The position numbers and the translations under genes were made by a program. Of a DNA stretch of 64,000 nt, positions 25,792 through 38,643 are shown one piece after another. Location: contig NC_045138.2 of NCBI RefSeq assembly GCF_008831285.2, positions 11,098,001 to 11,162,000 of the forward strand, written 5' to 3'. Under the pieces are notes generated by a model. It was not told the origin of the DNA. It made no database searches and saw only the letters and a list, made by a program, of their open reading frames with translations. Numbering within the stretch: the stretch's first letter is position 1; every line of letters starts with the position of its first letter. The DNA is from Nymphaea colorata. Taxonomy: Eukaryota.

Positions 25792-28700
25792 AATGATATT
25801 TAACTTTGATGCAAAGAAATTGAAGAGTTTTAGCAAACTTTCATATAAGCCATTTTAAATGGATTTTTGTAATGAAAAGATCCAAGTGAACATGATGACT
25901 GCTTATAAGGAAAAATGAAATCCAATTTTCTTGGAGAATAGTTCTTTGACAAGAGGTGTTTTTGAGTTAGTGCCCTGTGTATAACCTCATTTTTGTTGTT
26001 TCCCTCAGGGACGAAATGGGGTTATTATATATTTTTTCATGATGATTATACTAGGCAATGATATTTAACTTTGATGCAAAGAAATTGAAGAGTTTTAGCA
26101 AACTTTCATATAAGCCATTTTAAATGGATTTTTGTAATGAAAAGATCCAAGTGAACATGATGACTGCTTATAAGGAAAAATGAAATCCAATTTTCTTGGA
26201 GAATAGTTCTTTGACAAGAGGTCTTTTTGAGTTAGTGCCCTGTGTATAACCTCATTTTTGTTGTTTCCCTTAGGGACGAAATGGGGTTATTATATATTTT
26301 TTCATGATGATTATACTAGGCAATGATATTTAACTTTGATGCAAAGAAATTGAAGAGTTTTAGCAAACTTTCATATAAGCCATTTTAAATGGATTTTTGT
26401 AATGAAAAGATCCAAGTGAACATGATGACTGCTTATAAGGAAAAATGAAATCCAATTTTCTTGGAGAATAGTTCTTTGACAAGAGGTGTTTTTGAGTTAG
26501 TGCCCTGTGTATAACCTCATTTTTGTTGTTTCCCTTAGGGACGAAATGGGGTTATTATATATTTTTTCATGATGATTATACTAGGCAATGATATTTAACT
26601 TTGATGCAAAGAAATTGAAGAGTTTTAGCAAACTTTCATATAAGCCATTTTAAATGGATTTTTGTAATGAAAAGATCCAAGTGAACATGATGACTGCTTA
26701 TAAGGAAAAATGAAATCCAATTTTCTTGGAGAATAGTTCTTTGACAAGAGGTCTTTTTGAGTTAGTGCCCTGTGTATAACCTCATTTTTGTTGTTTCCCT
26801 TAGGGACGAAATGGGGTTATTATATATTTTTTCATGATGATTATACTAGGCAATGATATTTAACTTTGATGCAAAGAAATTGAAGAGTTTTAGCAAACTT
26901 TCATATAAGCCATTTTAAATGGATTTTTGTAATGAAAAGATCCAAGTGAACATGATGACTGCTTATAAGGAAAAATGAAATCCAATTTTCTTGGAGAATA
27001 GTTCTTTGACAAGAGGTGTTTTTGAGTTAGTGCCCTGTGTATAACCTCATTTTTGTTGTTTCCCTTAGGGACGAAATGGGGTTATTATATATTTTTTCAT
27101 GATGATTATACTAGGCAATGATATTTAACTTTGATGCAAAGAAATTGAAGAGTTTTAGCAAACTTTCATATAAGCCATTTTAAATGGATTTTTGTAATGA
27201 AAAGATCCAAGTGAACATGATGACTGCTTATAAGGAAAAATGAAATCCAATTTTCTTGGAGAATAGTTCTTTGACAAGAGGTCTTTTTGAGTTAGTGCCC
27301 TGTGTATAACCTCATTTTTGTTGTTTCCCTTAGGGACGAAATGGGGTTATTATATATTTTTTCATGATGATTATACTAGGCAACGATATTTAACTTTGAT
27401 GCAAAGAAATTGAAGAGTTTTAGCAAACTTTCATATAAGCCATTTTAAATGGATTTTTGTAATGAAAAGATCCAAGTGAACATGATGACTGCTTATAAGG
27501 AAAAATGAAATCCAATTTTCTTGGAGAATAGTTCTTTGACAAGAGGTCTTTTTGAGTTAGTGCCCTGTGTATAACCTCATTTTTGTTGTTTTCCTTAGGG
27601 ACGAAATGGGGTTATTATATATTTTTTCATGATGATTATACTAGGCAATGATATTTAACTTTGATGCAAAGAAATTGAAGAGTTTTAGCAAACTTTCATA
27701 TAAGCCATTTTAAATGGATTTTTGTAATGAAAAGATCCAAGTGAACATGATGACTGCTTATAAGGAAAAATGAAATCCAATTTTCTTGGAGAATAGTTCT
27801 TTGACAAGAGGTGTTTTTGAGTTAGTGCCCTGTGTATAACCTCATTTTTGTTGTTTCCCTTAGGGACGAAATGGGGTTATTATATATTTTTTCATGATGA
27901 TTATACTAGGCAATGATATTTAACTTTGATGCAAAGAAATTGAAGAGTTTTAGCAAACTTTCATATAAGCCATTTTAAATGGATTTTTGTAATGAAAAGA
28001 TCCAAGTGAACATGATGACTGCTTATAAGGAAAAATGAAATCCAATTTTCTTGGAGAATAGTTCTTTGACAAGAGGTCTTTTTGAGTTAGTGCCCTGTGT
28101 ATAACCTCATTTTTGTTGTTTCCCTTAGGGACGAAATGGGGTTATTATATATTTTTTCATGATGATTATACTAGGCAACGATATTTAACTTTGATGCAAA
28201 GAAATTGAAGAGTTTTAGCAAACTTTCATATAAGCCATTTTAAATGGATTTTTGTAATGAAAAGATCCAAGTGAACATGATGACTGCTTATAAGGAAAAA
28301 TGAAATCCAATTTTCTTGGAGAATAGTTCTTTGACAAGAGGTCTTTTTGAGTTAGTGCCCTGTGTATAACCTCATTTTTGTTGTTTTCCTTAGGGACGAA
28401 ATGGGGTTATTATATATTTTTTCATGATGATTATACTAGGCAATGATATTTAACTTTGATGCAAAGAAATTGAAGAGTTTTAGCAAACTTTCATATAAGC
28501 CATTTTAAATGGATTTTTGTAATGAAAAGATCCAAGTGAACATGATGACTGCTTATAAGGAAAAATGAAATCCAATTTTCTTGGAGAATAGTTCTTTGAC
28601 AAGAGGTGTTTTTGAGTTAGTGCCCTGTGTATAACCTCATTTTTGTTGTTTCCCTTAGGGACGAAATGGGGTTATTATATATTTTTTCATGATGATTATA

Positions 28701-29501
28701 CTAGGCAATGATATTTAACTTTGATGCAAAGAAATTGAAGAGTTTTAGCAAACTTTCATATAAGCCATTTTAAATGGATTTTTGTAATGAAAAGATCCAA
28801 GTGAACATGATGACTGCTTATAAGGAAAAATGAAATCCAATTTTCTTGGAGAATAGTTCTTTGACAAGAGGTCTTTTTGAGTTAGTGCCCTGTGTATAAC
28901 CTCATTTTTGTTGTTTCCCTTAGGGACGAAATGGGGTTATTATATATTTTTTCATGATGATTATACTAGGCAACGATATTTAACTTTGATGCAAAGAAAT
29001 TGAAGAGTTTTAGCAAACTTTCATATAAGCCATTTTAAATGGATTTTTGTAATGAAAAGATCCAAGTGAACATGATGACTGCTTATAAGGAAAAATGAAA
29101 TCCAATTTTCTTGGAGAATAGTTCTTTGACAAGAGGTCTTTTTGAGTTAGTGCCCTGTGTATAACCTCATTTTTGTTGTTTTCCTTAGGGACGAAATGGG
29201 GTTATTATATATTTTTTCATGATGATTATACTAGGCAATGATATTTAACTTTGATGCAAAGAAATTGAAGAGTTTTAGCAAACTTTCATATAAGCCATTT
29301 TAAATGGATTTTTGTAATGAAAAGATCCAAGTGAACATGATGACTGCTTATAAGGAAAAATGAAATCCAATTTTCTTGGAGAATAGTTCTTTGACAAGAG
29401 GTCTTTTTGAGTTAGTGCCCTGTGTATAACCTCATTTTTGTTGTTTCCCTTACGGACGAAATGGGGTTATTATATATTTTTTCATGATGATTATACTAGG
29501 C
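25792..29501. repeat. Tandem array of 14 x 265 bp, near-identical units with higher-order structure
   Basis: Unit starts AA(T/C)GATATTTAACTTTGATGC at 25792, 26057, 26322 ... 29237 with exact 265-bp spacing; only five variable positions seen. Confidence 0.98.
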
Positions 29502-31200
29502 ATTCTGTGATCTTCCACAATCTATAATATTCTAATGTAAATAGAGGCAGTCTACGTCTGTCATGGTGCCCCATTCATAGGCAATCAGATGAGCTTCATG
29601 CATCAAGATTCAAGACGCTTCCATAGAAATTTGCACCAGTTTAGACTTCAAACACACTCCCGAAACTGGTTGCAGAATGTTGTAATATGCACATATATGC
29701 ATATCTGACTTCCCTATCATATGATAAGCCTTGGCAGAAATTACAAGGGGTAGAAGACCCCCATTCTTGAGTTTCGATCTGGAAAGCCATGTGTGATGGT
29801 CTGAAATTTTATTTCGAGAAAAAAAACTTCACAGTTTTAGATAGGAAAAAGTTACCGTGGACAAGATTTTGGGCCATTGCTTAGTTGATAGCCCAAAAAT
29901 ATATTTACAGTCCCCATCTCAAAACGATCAGAAGGGCCACACGAACACGCCTTTGTTGTAGGAAACCATGAAAACAAACGGGAAATTTGGTGAGCTGCAG
30001 TGAGTTCATCATGTTTAACAGCAAAGGAGACCTTTCTTCCGAGTAGACAACTATGGCCACGATAACAGGGAAGAAACGATTCTTACGGATTCAGCTGGGA
30101 AACCACTTCTTACCATGAAGAAAAAGGCAGGCATGAACGGACCGGGTGCTCTGTTCAAATTGAATTTGTTCTTAGGCTCAGATTCAATGCTCGGTGCGAT
30201 AGACCCATGAAGGTGGAGATCCAAGTCATTGAATTTTATGAACATGGTATCAGATAGTCATTAGGTCTGTGTTTATTTTTAAATTAGACATCAATTTGCT
30301 TGTTTCTTTGGGCCCTATCACCCTGATTTGTTAAACCATGAATGAGTACGTTTAAAATCCACGAGAGGTCAGACCTTTTGTCCGAGCTAGGGAGACAAGT
30401 CATTATCTTCTTAGGATTGAATCTCCAATCTGCATATTGGGAACTGAAAAGATCAGGACTATAGGCTTTTCAATTGATTATTGCTCTTATGAACAAGAAG
30501 TAACACACCAGAATGCGACGACCAAGGGGTTAGAACCTTGGACCCCTTTTGAGTGTGAGCCACCTTACTACCTGGTTGTACTATGCCGGTTAAGGCATCA
30601 GTCCAAAGTACTTGAAGAGAAGGTTAGACAATCCTTGCAGGAGTTCCATTCTTGTATATTTCTGTACAGTAGAAACTGCAATAAGTGGGGTCAGCTAACC
30701 ATAAACAACCACATAAACCAGCTCAAAAATGGTGTAAACCTGAGTCAATGGTTACATGGTGAAGAGTATGCTGCAGATTGCGACTACATATTAGCAAAAG
30801 CTTTTCATTTGGATGTACACTAACAATGTTTGAATTTTTCAACTATAGCAGGTAGAAACAAAAAAATGTAGGCTCCAACCCCCTTGTTGCCGGTTATGTA
30901 CATACTCACGTCACTGGCAGCAGCAGCAAGCCACAAATGAACTTCAGCTACCTCCGACTGACGTAATGTGCACTTTAGCAATAAAAAAAAATGTAAAGGG
31001 AAGAAACAGCATTGTTGAATGATTTTTTTTGTACACAATCAGCATATAAGAATGCCATGACAAGTCAATCAAGAGAAACTGCACAAGTGAGAATCATTTT
31101 CAAATTCCTCCATAACATGAATCATCATGGTTTAAGCTAACCCCCGAGGAAACAGCATTTAAATCTGTTTTGTTCTCTTAATTGTTTTGATATTTTTTTT

Positions 31201-31374
31201 TTATTTTTTTGCTTTCGCAAATCTCAGGCACCGATATTTCTCTCCACTGACTGTGATTTCAAGAGCACCATCCTGATTATCTTGATTTGATGCCGTCCCC
31301 ATTAAGACACTCTTCTCTTTTTCCAAGTTTTCTCGTTCCAGTTTCAATCTTGCTTCTTGTCTAGAAATCTCTGC
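31201..31374 (-). CDS. Small coiled-coil plant protein of unknown function, exon 2
   Basis: Acceptor TTGCAG|GCA at 31375; AEISRQEARLKLERENLEKEKSVLMGTASNQDNQDGALEITVSGEKYRCLRFAKAKK*; continues exon 1 in phase 0. Confidence 0.88.
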   Translation of the reverse strand, partial: AEISRQEARLKLERENLEKEKSVLMGTASNQDNQDGALEITVSGEKYRCLRFAKAKK

Positions 31375-31455
31375 CTGCAAAATTAAATCCAAGTTTAGGT
31401 TAACAAATGCGAACTTCAAATAGAACTTCCCAGGAAAAGTAATCTTATCCATCAA

Positions 31456-31456
<1 letters not shown>

Positions 31457-31519
<63 letters not shown>
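31457..31519. repeat. (TA)n microsatellite. Others: (CT)n 15494-15526, (GT)(AT)(GA) 42528-42595, (GA)n 48603-48643, (TA)n 59457-59528 and 62331-62376
   Basis: Directly visible dinucleotide runs. Confidence 0.95.
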
Positions 31520-31522
<3 letters not shown>

Positions 31523-34500
31523 GTGGCGGAGAAAGAGAAATTTCAGCTAAAATAGTAAATTTCCAAGTCAAAATTCTTTAGTGCCTTTAATTTCTTGGTA
31601 GGAACGGAATCATCAGGCTCACTGAAGAAAGCAAAAATGTTATGAAAACTATTGGTAGTATATATATAAAAAGGTACCACAGTCGATCAATAAATTTCTT
31701 TTAATGACAGGTATGGGCTCGCTTCAAAGATGGGTGACACAAGAAAACTGTATGTTGGACAAGCATCTATTATAAAAATTCAGTCTCGTCCACTCAGACT
31801 ATTAGATCAATCTAGCACGTGAATAAATCATATGATCTGCTTAAACACATCATTAAAGAGATCTAAAATCTAAACCATTTCAATGGCGGACATATAATGT
31901 ACCCTTAGGTGATCCCGTCATCTATTTTGAGAATGGTTGGATGCTTTGCTGCAGGGAAGTCAATTTATTCAGGAATATAATTCAGCAGACAACCAGATGT
32001 GTTCCTTTTTAGCATTGATGGCAGCCGGCTACCTCCCCTGCTCACTGAGATAAAAGAAACTCATGCACCCAAAGCTCAGCCCTAATTCCCAAATAGGGTA
32101 AAACTCTCGGTCTAAAGAAGGACCCGAGAGAGAAACTTCAAAATTCATTCATTAAGCATAAAACTATCGGGATCACCACCAGCATTGGTATGGTGAATTA
32201 CATGCGTAAGTGGGGGATCCGACCCAACTGATTTTTTCTTACCCTAACCTCATATATTTACACTGTTGCAATGAGTCTCCATATATATGTAGGAAGACAA
32301 AATGTCTAAAAGTGTGACAAAAAATTGCAACAACAAAATTCAATGGCCAAGAATGGCAGATGCAATAGAACAACAGAAACAAAGACATAGGAATGCTTAG
32401 AGCAGATCTATTTGTCCAATTTATTTATTTATTTTGTTTGTTATTTGTGGATATCCATGTCTCTTATTTTAGAATATAAAGACAGAAAACTGCACAAAAC
32501 TTTATAAATATTATTTACAACATTGAAGAAGCATGACAAGAACACGCAGGAAAAACACTAGCCTAAATGAACAGCTTTACCTGTGAGAGCTATATACACG
32601 GATAGCAAGTCATAGACACCTCCAATAGATTAAAAAAAATGTCGAAACCCTCAAACCAGATCCAACCCATTTGGAAACCTACCAATATGCACGAACGGTA
32701 AAAAAAAGGAACTTTTGAGATGCAGATTTTATTGAAGGACTATTGGGAAAAATGAAAAAGAGTGCTTCCTAGAAATTGTTCATCTTTCAAGGTTCTGTCA
32801 CAGACATCAAGACAGAATCCTAGAGTAGAAGTGTAACAGCATGTTAGGAAATTTAAACACATATCCTGTTCATCAACCCACATATACCACATATTCCCCA
32901 AGAAGACCACAAATACACACATCTGTGTTAAAAGAAAAAACAAGAAAAAACAAAAACAAATTCAATAAAAGCATATAAAGCATGCAGCTTTATGGCCCAA
33001 GGAGCATTCCACCACCTTAATGACAAAGGACGCAGCTAGGTTAGAGGAACAGTGAATTGTTTCTTAAGGCCAACTTTGAGAGATGCAGACAGGTTTATCC
33101 AACATCCTCACTAAGACCACCTCTCTATGACAGGGTCTCAATGAGCGGTGGAAAAGAAATTTTGGAAAACGAAAATCGAAATGTGACAGTGTCACACAGA
33201 GTAAAGTACTTTTGTCCATCATAGTATGGTTGAGACCCATACATTTTGCTACACTCCATCAAGTATAAAAAAGTCACCCTAGCAGAAGACTGTCATCCTA
33301 CTCAAAATGCATACCATGCATCATGCATTCAGATTTGACCTACAAACCTCATAAATGAACTTCTTAGGAAGGTCAAAGCACCCAATTATATGTATGGACC
33401 ATGGTTTATTATATAAGCCAAGTATTAACCATCATCACAAACACTCCTGGGACCTTCTGAGAAATTTTCATCTTAAATTTTGTTTTTGCCGAACAATCAC
33501 AGGAATTTAAGAAATTAGAAGGTAGACCAGTAATAACAGAAAAGCTTTCCAAATTATGAGGTTACTACTGATTTTCTTCTCAAAATACTGACAACATTCA
33601 AAATAACTTTTGAAATTTGAGAAAAATTAGAAAATGACAAATATACATTGAAATGACATATGAACAAAGGATTTTACTTTTAAAGGAAAAAGTAAATGCC
33701 AAAATATCTTTACTGTAGTTATCTTCTGAGGATATAGTGAAAGAGTTGCAGTACTTTTCTAGTAATATTGTTTTCCTCCTTTTTGGCAGTAAATTTGTAA
33801 TACTTTCAAAATGTTCCCAACATTTGTGACTATTGTATTAAGCAATTACAAATGCATAAAACAGCTACCTAGTGAGCATAAATGGTTCTGATATGGTTTG
33901 TTGATTTTGAGTTTTTAGGTGAATCGAATTTGACCACATCCAGTTTCAGATGTATTCAGATTGTCCAAATCCACACCATTCACATTTCAACTACCAGAAT
34001 GGAAAAAGTAGCAGTTACTTTCCCTAATATACATAGTCAATCAGTCACATACCAAATTGCTGCCATGTGTCTAACTTGCAATGCCTTTGAGAAGGACCTA
34101 CACTGGAGATTACAAATACAGAATGCAGCCGAAGAAATCATGACATTGTATCTCAGGAGGAAATCTGAACTCATGAAGCACTAAATTTTTCCAGCATCAA
34201 TAGATTTTCAGAAGAATATTGCCAGCATAATTTAACTGCCGCAAATAAGAGAGGGAAGAACCAAAACAAGGAAAAGGTACAACCTTATCACAGCCAATAT
34301 TAACTCATGGTTAATCTTTAAATTCATTTGTTAATAAATAGTCTTAAAATAGTGAAATACAATATTTTTTAATTGATTCTATGATTGAAAATCATCATTC
34401 TTCTTTGAAATGTGAATCTTTTAGCTTTTGTTGTCTTAAAGGAGCATGGGAGTGATTAAATGGAAGTAAATGAAATTTATCCTAGAAACACCATTAGGTA

Positions 34501-35274
34501 ATAGAGTCCTGAATAATATTCAATAAACCTTTCGAGTCTAAGAAGCATGATTACTATGTCCATGATGCAATATGATATAATATAAAGTACACACTACAAG
34601 TATGGAGAAGCTTAAGGTCATCCTATTTTGATCCTCATATATTCAGATTTTTGTGATTGTGAAGAAGTTATCGTCTGAAGGTCTTCATTGCCAACAAAAA
34701 CTTCACCTATATGCATGGATGGCTTTAGAGAGATACAGGAAGCTCATTAGCACACAAGATGTCTTATAAGGCCATTTTGTTGATCGGAAAAAGTCATTGA
34801 CTACTTCTGCCAGTAAAGGCCTCTAGGAGAAAAAATGGACACTGCTGTCCTATACCTCTATGGGTAAGTATATCCAAAATTTGAGAAAAAAAAACCCATA
34901 TAGGATTCTTTCCTTGCTTTCTTTCGGACATGGATCCACCAAAGGTGAAAAAGTCATGTGCTCCAACTGAAGCAACAATATCAAATTAAAAAAAAAATAA
35001 TGTAAATCAATGATGGCAGACCTGCGAATAACTAGTTCAAACTCTCAGCAAGAGTCCAAGACCATTCAGCTTTACCCCTACTGGAATTATTCAAGGGGGA
35101 TAAAATCATAAAACCAATTAATCTCCAAGTAACTTAGATTATTCAAGAAGGAGACTGCAGAAAATTACATTGACAAGATAAAGCTGGATAAGGAATCATA
35201 TAGTGATCTTCAAAATCCATGCCGCATAAATGAGGCATGATGCAGGCAATACATGGACGAGCAAGTAATAGAAT

Positions 35275-38200
35275 CAATGTTATCCGTCTCGTATGATACG
35301 TATGCGTATCGTACGATACGTATCGTATAGGTCGAAAAAACCTATACAATACATCATCGATACGCGATACGCATACGTATCGTACGCGTATCGCATAATA
35401 CGTGCGATACACTCCCGTATCGCACGATACGGGAAAAAATAAAAAAAGGGGCCCGACGGCTCCTTTTTTGCATGTTCTTTTAAAACCGATGCTCCTCTCT
35501 CTCTCTTTTCTTGTTTGTAAACACTGCAAGAGACGTAGGAGGGAGAGATTTTCTCCATTTGCATCAAGTTTTGCCGGTGAAGAAGCTTTCATTCTCATTG
35601 TGGGGAGTCTAGGGATGGTGGGAACTGGGAAGCTTGGAGAAAGAGAGTTTTTTGGTTTCTAACAGCAAAAAGGTAAGAAATAACTCATTTTCGCTGTTGA
35701 ATCGTTCATTTCTCTTATTTCCTACATTTATTTGTATGTTTTTACTTGTTTTGTGAAAATATAATGTCGGATCCTGCATGGAAGTGGTGTACAAGAGTGA
35801 ATCCCAAAGATAGGTTAAAAGTTAAGTGCAATTATTGTAAGCAAATCATATCAAGAGGGATCTCTCGCTTTAAACACCATATAGCTGGTACACACAACGA
35901 TGTGGCTCAATGCAATGGCTCCCTAGAGAACCTATTGCCAGCCTATGTAAGGCACCAATGTTTGGAGCCTATTAATGTTGTGAAAGCAAGCGGGATTGAA
36001 AAGAAAATGCAAGATGCAGATGTAGGATATGGCGACCCATATGAAGAGGAAAGAAGCGAAGGTGAAGATGTTGAGCTCGAAGAAGAAGATGTTGGTGTTA
36101 GTTTGGGAACAGCTAAAGGGAAAGACATCATGCATACAGGTGGTTCTTCTTCAACTGCAACCAGACAAAGAAGAGGTGCAAGTACAATTTTACGAGGACG
36201 TAGCAAGAGTGGGGGTTGTATTGGTGGTGGTAGAGTACCTACTATGAAGTCGAGTAATATGTTTGGCTCGATCAAGAATTTTTTTCCCCAATTATACTGC
36301 TGTTGGTGCTCAGCCTGAGATTCGTACAGCCACGTGTTCAAAGGATATTGTTGAAGCAGCAGATAAAACCATAGGAAGGTGGTTCTATGACGCATCCATT
36401 CCCTTCAATGCAGTAAAACTCTTTTCATTTTCAGGCTATAGCAGATGCGATTGCTACTATAGGCCGAGGGTGTAAAATGCCCTCTTTTTATAAATTGCAA
36501 GGTAAAATTCTCAATAATGTAGTTAGAGATGTCAAGGCATATTGTGATGAACTGAAATTGAGCTGGAAACAAACAGGATGCAGTGTAATGGCTGATGGGT
36601 GGACAGACATCAAGAACAGAATATTGGTAAACTTCCTTGTATATTGCCCCTTTGGTACAATGTTCATAAAATCTGTTAATTTGTCTGATACTCCTAAGAC
36701 TGCTGATGTTTTGTTTGAGGTTTTTGATAAAGTTATACAAGCAGTTGGGCCTCAAAATGTCGTGCAATTTATCACTGATAATGCAGCAAATTATAAAGTT
36801 GCAGGTGAAATGTTAGCAGCACGATATAGGGCATTTTATTGGAGCCCGTGTGCTGCTCACTGTGTAAATCTAATGCTTCAAGATCTTCATGAAAGAGATG
36901 ATATGAAGTTTACAGTTCAAAGATGCCAAAAAATCACGAAGTTTATTTATGATCATGCTTATGTCTTGAATTTGATGAGGAAATTCACAAATGGGGCCGA
37001 ATTGATTCAACTTGCACAAACACGGTTTGCTACAAATGTTTTGACTGTGCAGAGTATAGTCAAGCAAAGAAATTCTCTCAGACAGATGTTTTCAAGTGAT
37101 GATTGGGTTGCATATCCACATGCCTATAAAAGAAAGGCTATGACAGTTGTGGATACCATATTCAATGCTGACTTTTGGGAATCATGTGTGAACTTATTGA
37201 AGATTTGTGTACCTCTAGTGAAAGTCCTCAGATTAGTTGATAGTGAAGATAGACCTTCTATTGGACATTTATATAAGGTTATGGACAGAGGAAAGGAGGC
37301 CATTAGAGATAATATGAAGGGAAAAAAGAAGTTGTACATGACTATATGGAAGATTATAGATGAAAGGTGGTTTGGACAACTTCATCGCCCACTTCATGCA
37401 GCAGCCTATTACCTAAATCCTGCTATTAGATTTCTTCTTAATTTTAAGAAGGACAGAGAGGTCGAGTATGACATATTGGATTGTATTGAGGTATTAGTAA
37501 GTGATTATAAAGAACAAGAAGCTATCCATATGTCGGTCAACAAATATGATACTAGTTCTGGTAGCATGCGGAGAGACACAACAATGAGATGCAGATCATC
37601 TATGCGTCCAGGTATTAGAAAAAGGGACTTTATACTTTTTGGTTGTTATTTCATTTGTTCTTTATAGCTTCTACCTTCTCATATTATTCTATTTCATTTT
37701 TACTTTCCATCTGTTATTAGACAATTTATGTGGTGGGACAGGTTTGGGGTTGATTGCCCAAAATTAAAGAAGTTTACAATTAGAATCCTCAGCCAAACAT
37801 GTAGTGCAACTGGATGTGAAAGAAATTGGAGTGTATTTCAGCACATCCACAGTAAGAAGAGGAACAGACTGGAACATAAAAGGTTGAATGACCTTGTTTA
37901 CGTTCGTTATAATATGAAGTTGAGACAAAGGTAAACATTTGTTATGCAAAATAGCAAATTCTAATATACATTTTAATTTCTAACAATTTGTTAATTTGTT
38001 CTCTTGTTAGGCAACTAGAAACAACATCTATGAGGAAGCATCACACTCAATATGATCCTATCAACATTGACCATTTTGATATATTACATTCTTGGGTTGA
38101 AGAAGAACAATATGCAATACTTGATGAGGACGATCTTGATTTTTTGAACCTTGAAGGAGCAACAGAGATTATTGAAGAAGGAGAGGCTGAGGAGCAATGA

Positions 38201-38643
38201 AATGTTGGTGACATTCCATTTCCAACAGAGGGGATAGAAGCACTTAATGAAGAAAATGAAGATGTTGATGAAGATGACAATGCAGATGACGATTGACGAG
38301 GATTGTTATTGAATCATGATAACTATATGTTTTGACTTTTGAACTTATGAATTGTGATGTAATCGAATTCTCTTCAGTTGCTTATTATGTTATTTTGAAT
38401 GTCTGATTTCTTATTTTGGAATGTGTTGTTCATACTTCATATACATGAATGTTCCTTTAAATACATTTTTCTTGATTTTTTCTGATTTTTACTTGTTTTT
38501 AGGACTTTTTTGGAATTTTTATGATTTTTTTAATATTTTTAAAAAATTAAAAAATTAATTTTACGATAAGTTACAATAGGTTACGATACGGCGTATAGGT
38601 AGGTCCGACCGATACGCGATACGCTACACCAGTGATAACATTG
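35275..38643 (+). mobile_element. Full-length hAT DNA transposon, 3369 bp, antisense within the intron of the coiled-coil gene
   Basis: Perfect 10-bp TIR CAATGTTATC / GATAACATTG; perfect 8-bp TSD AATAGAAT; dense CGATAC/GTATCG subterminal repeats at both ends. Confidence 0.96.
35764..38296 (+). pseudogene. hAT transposase (BED zinc finger, DUF659-type core, hAT dimerisation domain) with frameshifts
   Basis: AWKWC..VKCNYC..FKHHIAG (BED finger); MADGWTD, ITDNAANY, CAAHCVNL, TRFATN, HAAAYYLNP, SATGCERNWS. Introns at about 37612-37720 and 37931-38010. Frameshifts near 36290 and 36420-36470; in-frame TGA at 38198 inside the acidic tail. Confidence 0.9.

Noticed and set aside
25792..29501. CRISPR array or tandem snoRNA cluster (two ATGATGA box-C-like motifs per unit)
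   Set aside because: Eukaryotic context, no unique spacers and no cas genes; no CTGA box D on the same strand within the unit.
30437..30823. 128-aa plus-strand ORF downstream of the coiled-coil gene
   Set aside because: TTG start, no recognisable motif and no supporting exon structure.
36477..37667. 396-aa ORF as a domesticated host gene
   Set aside because: It is the middle of a frameshifted transposase inside intact TIRs and TSD.
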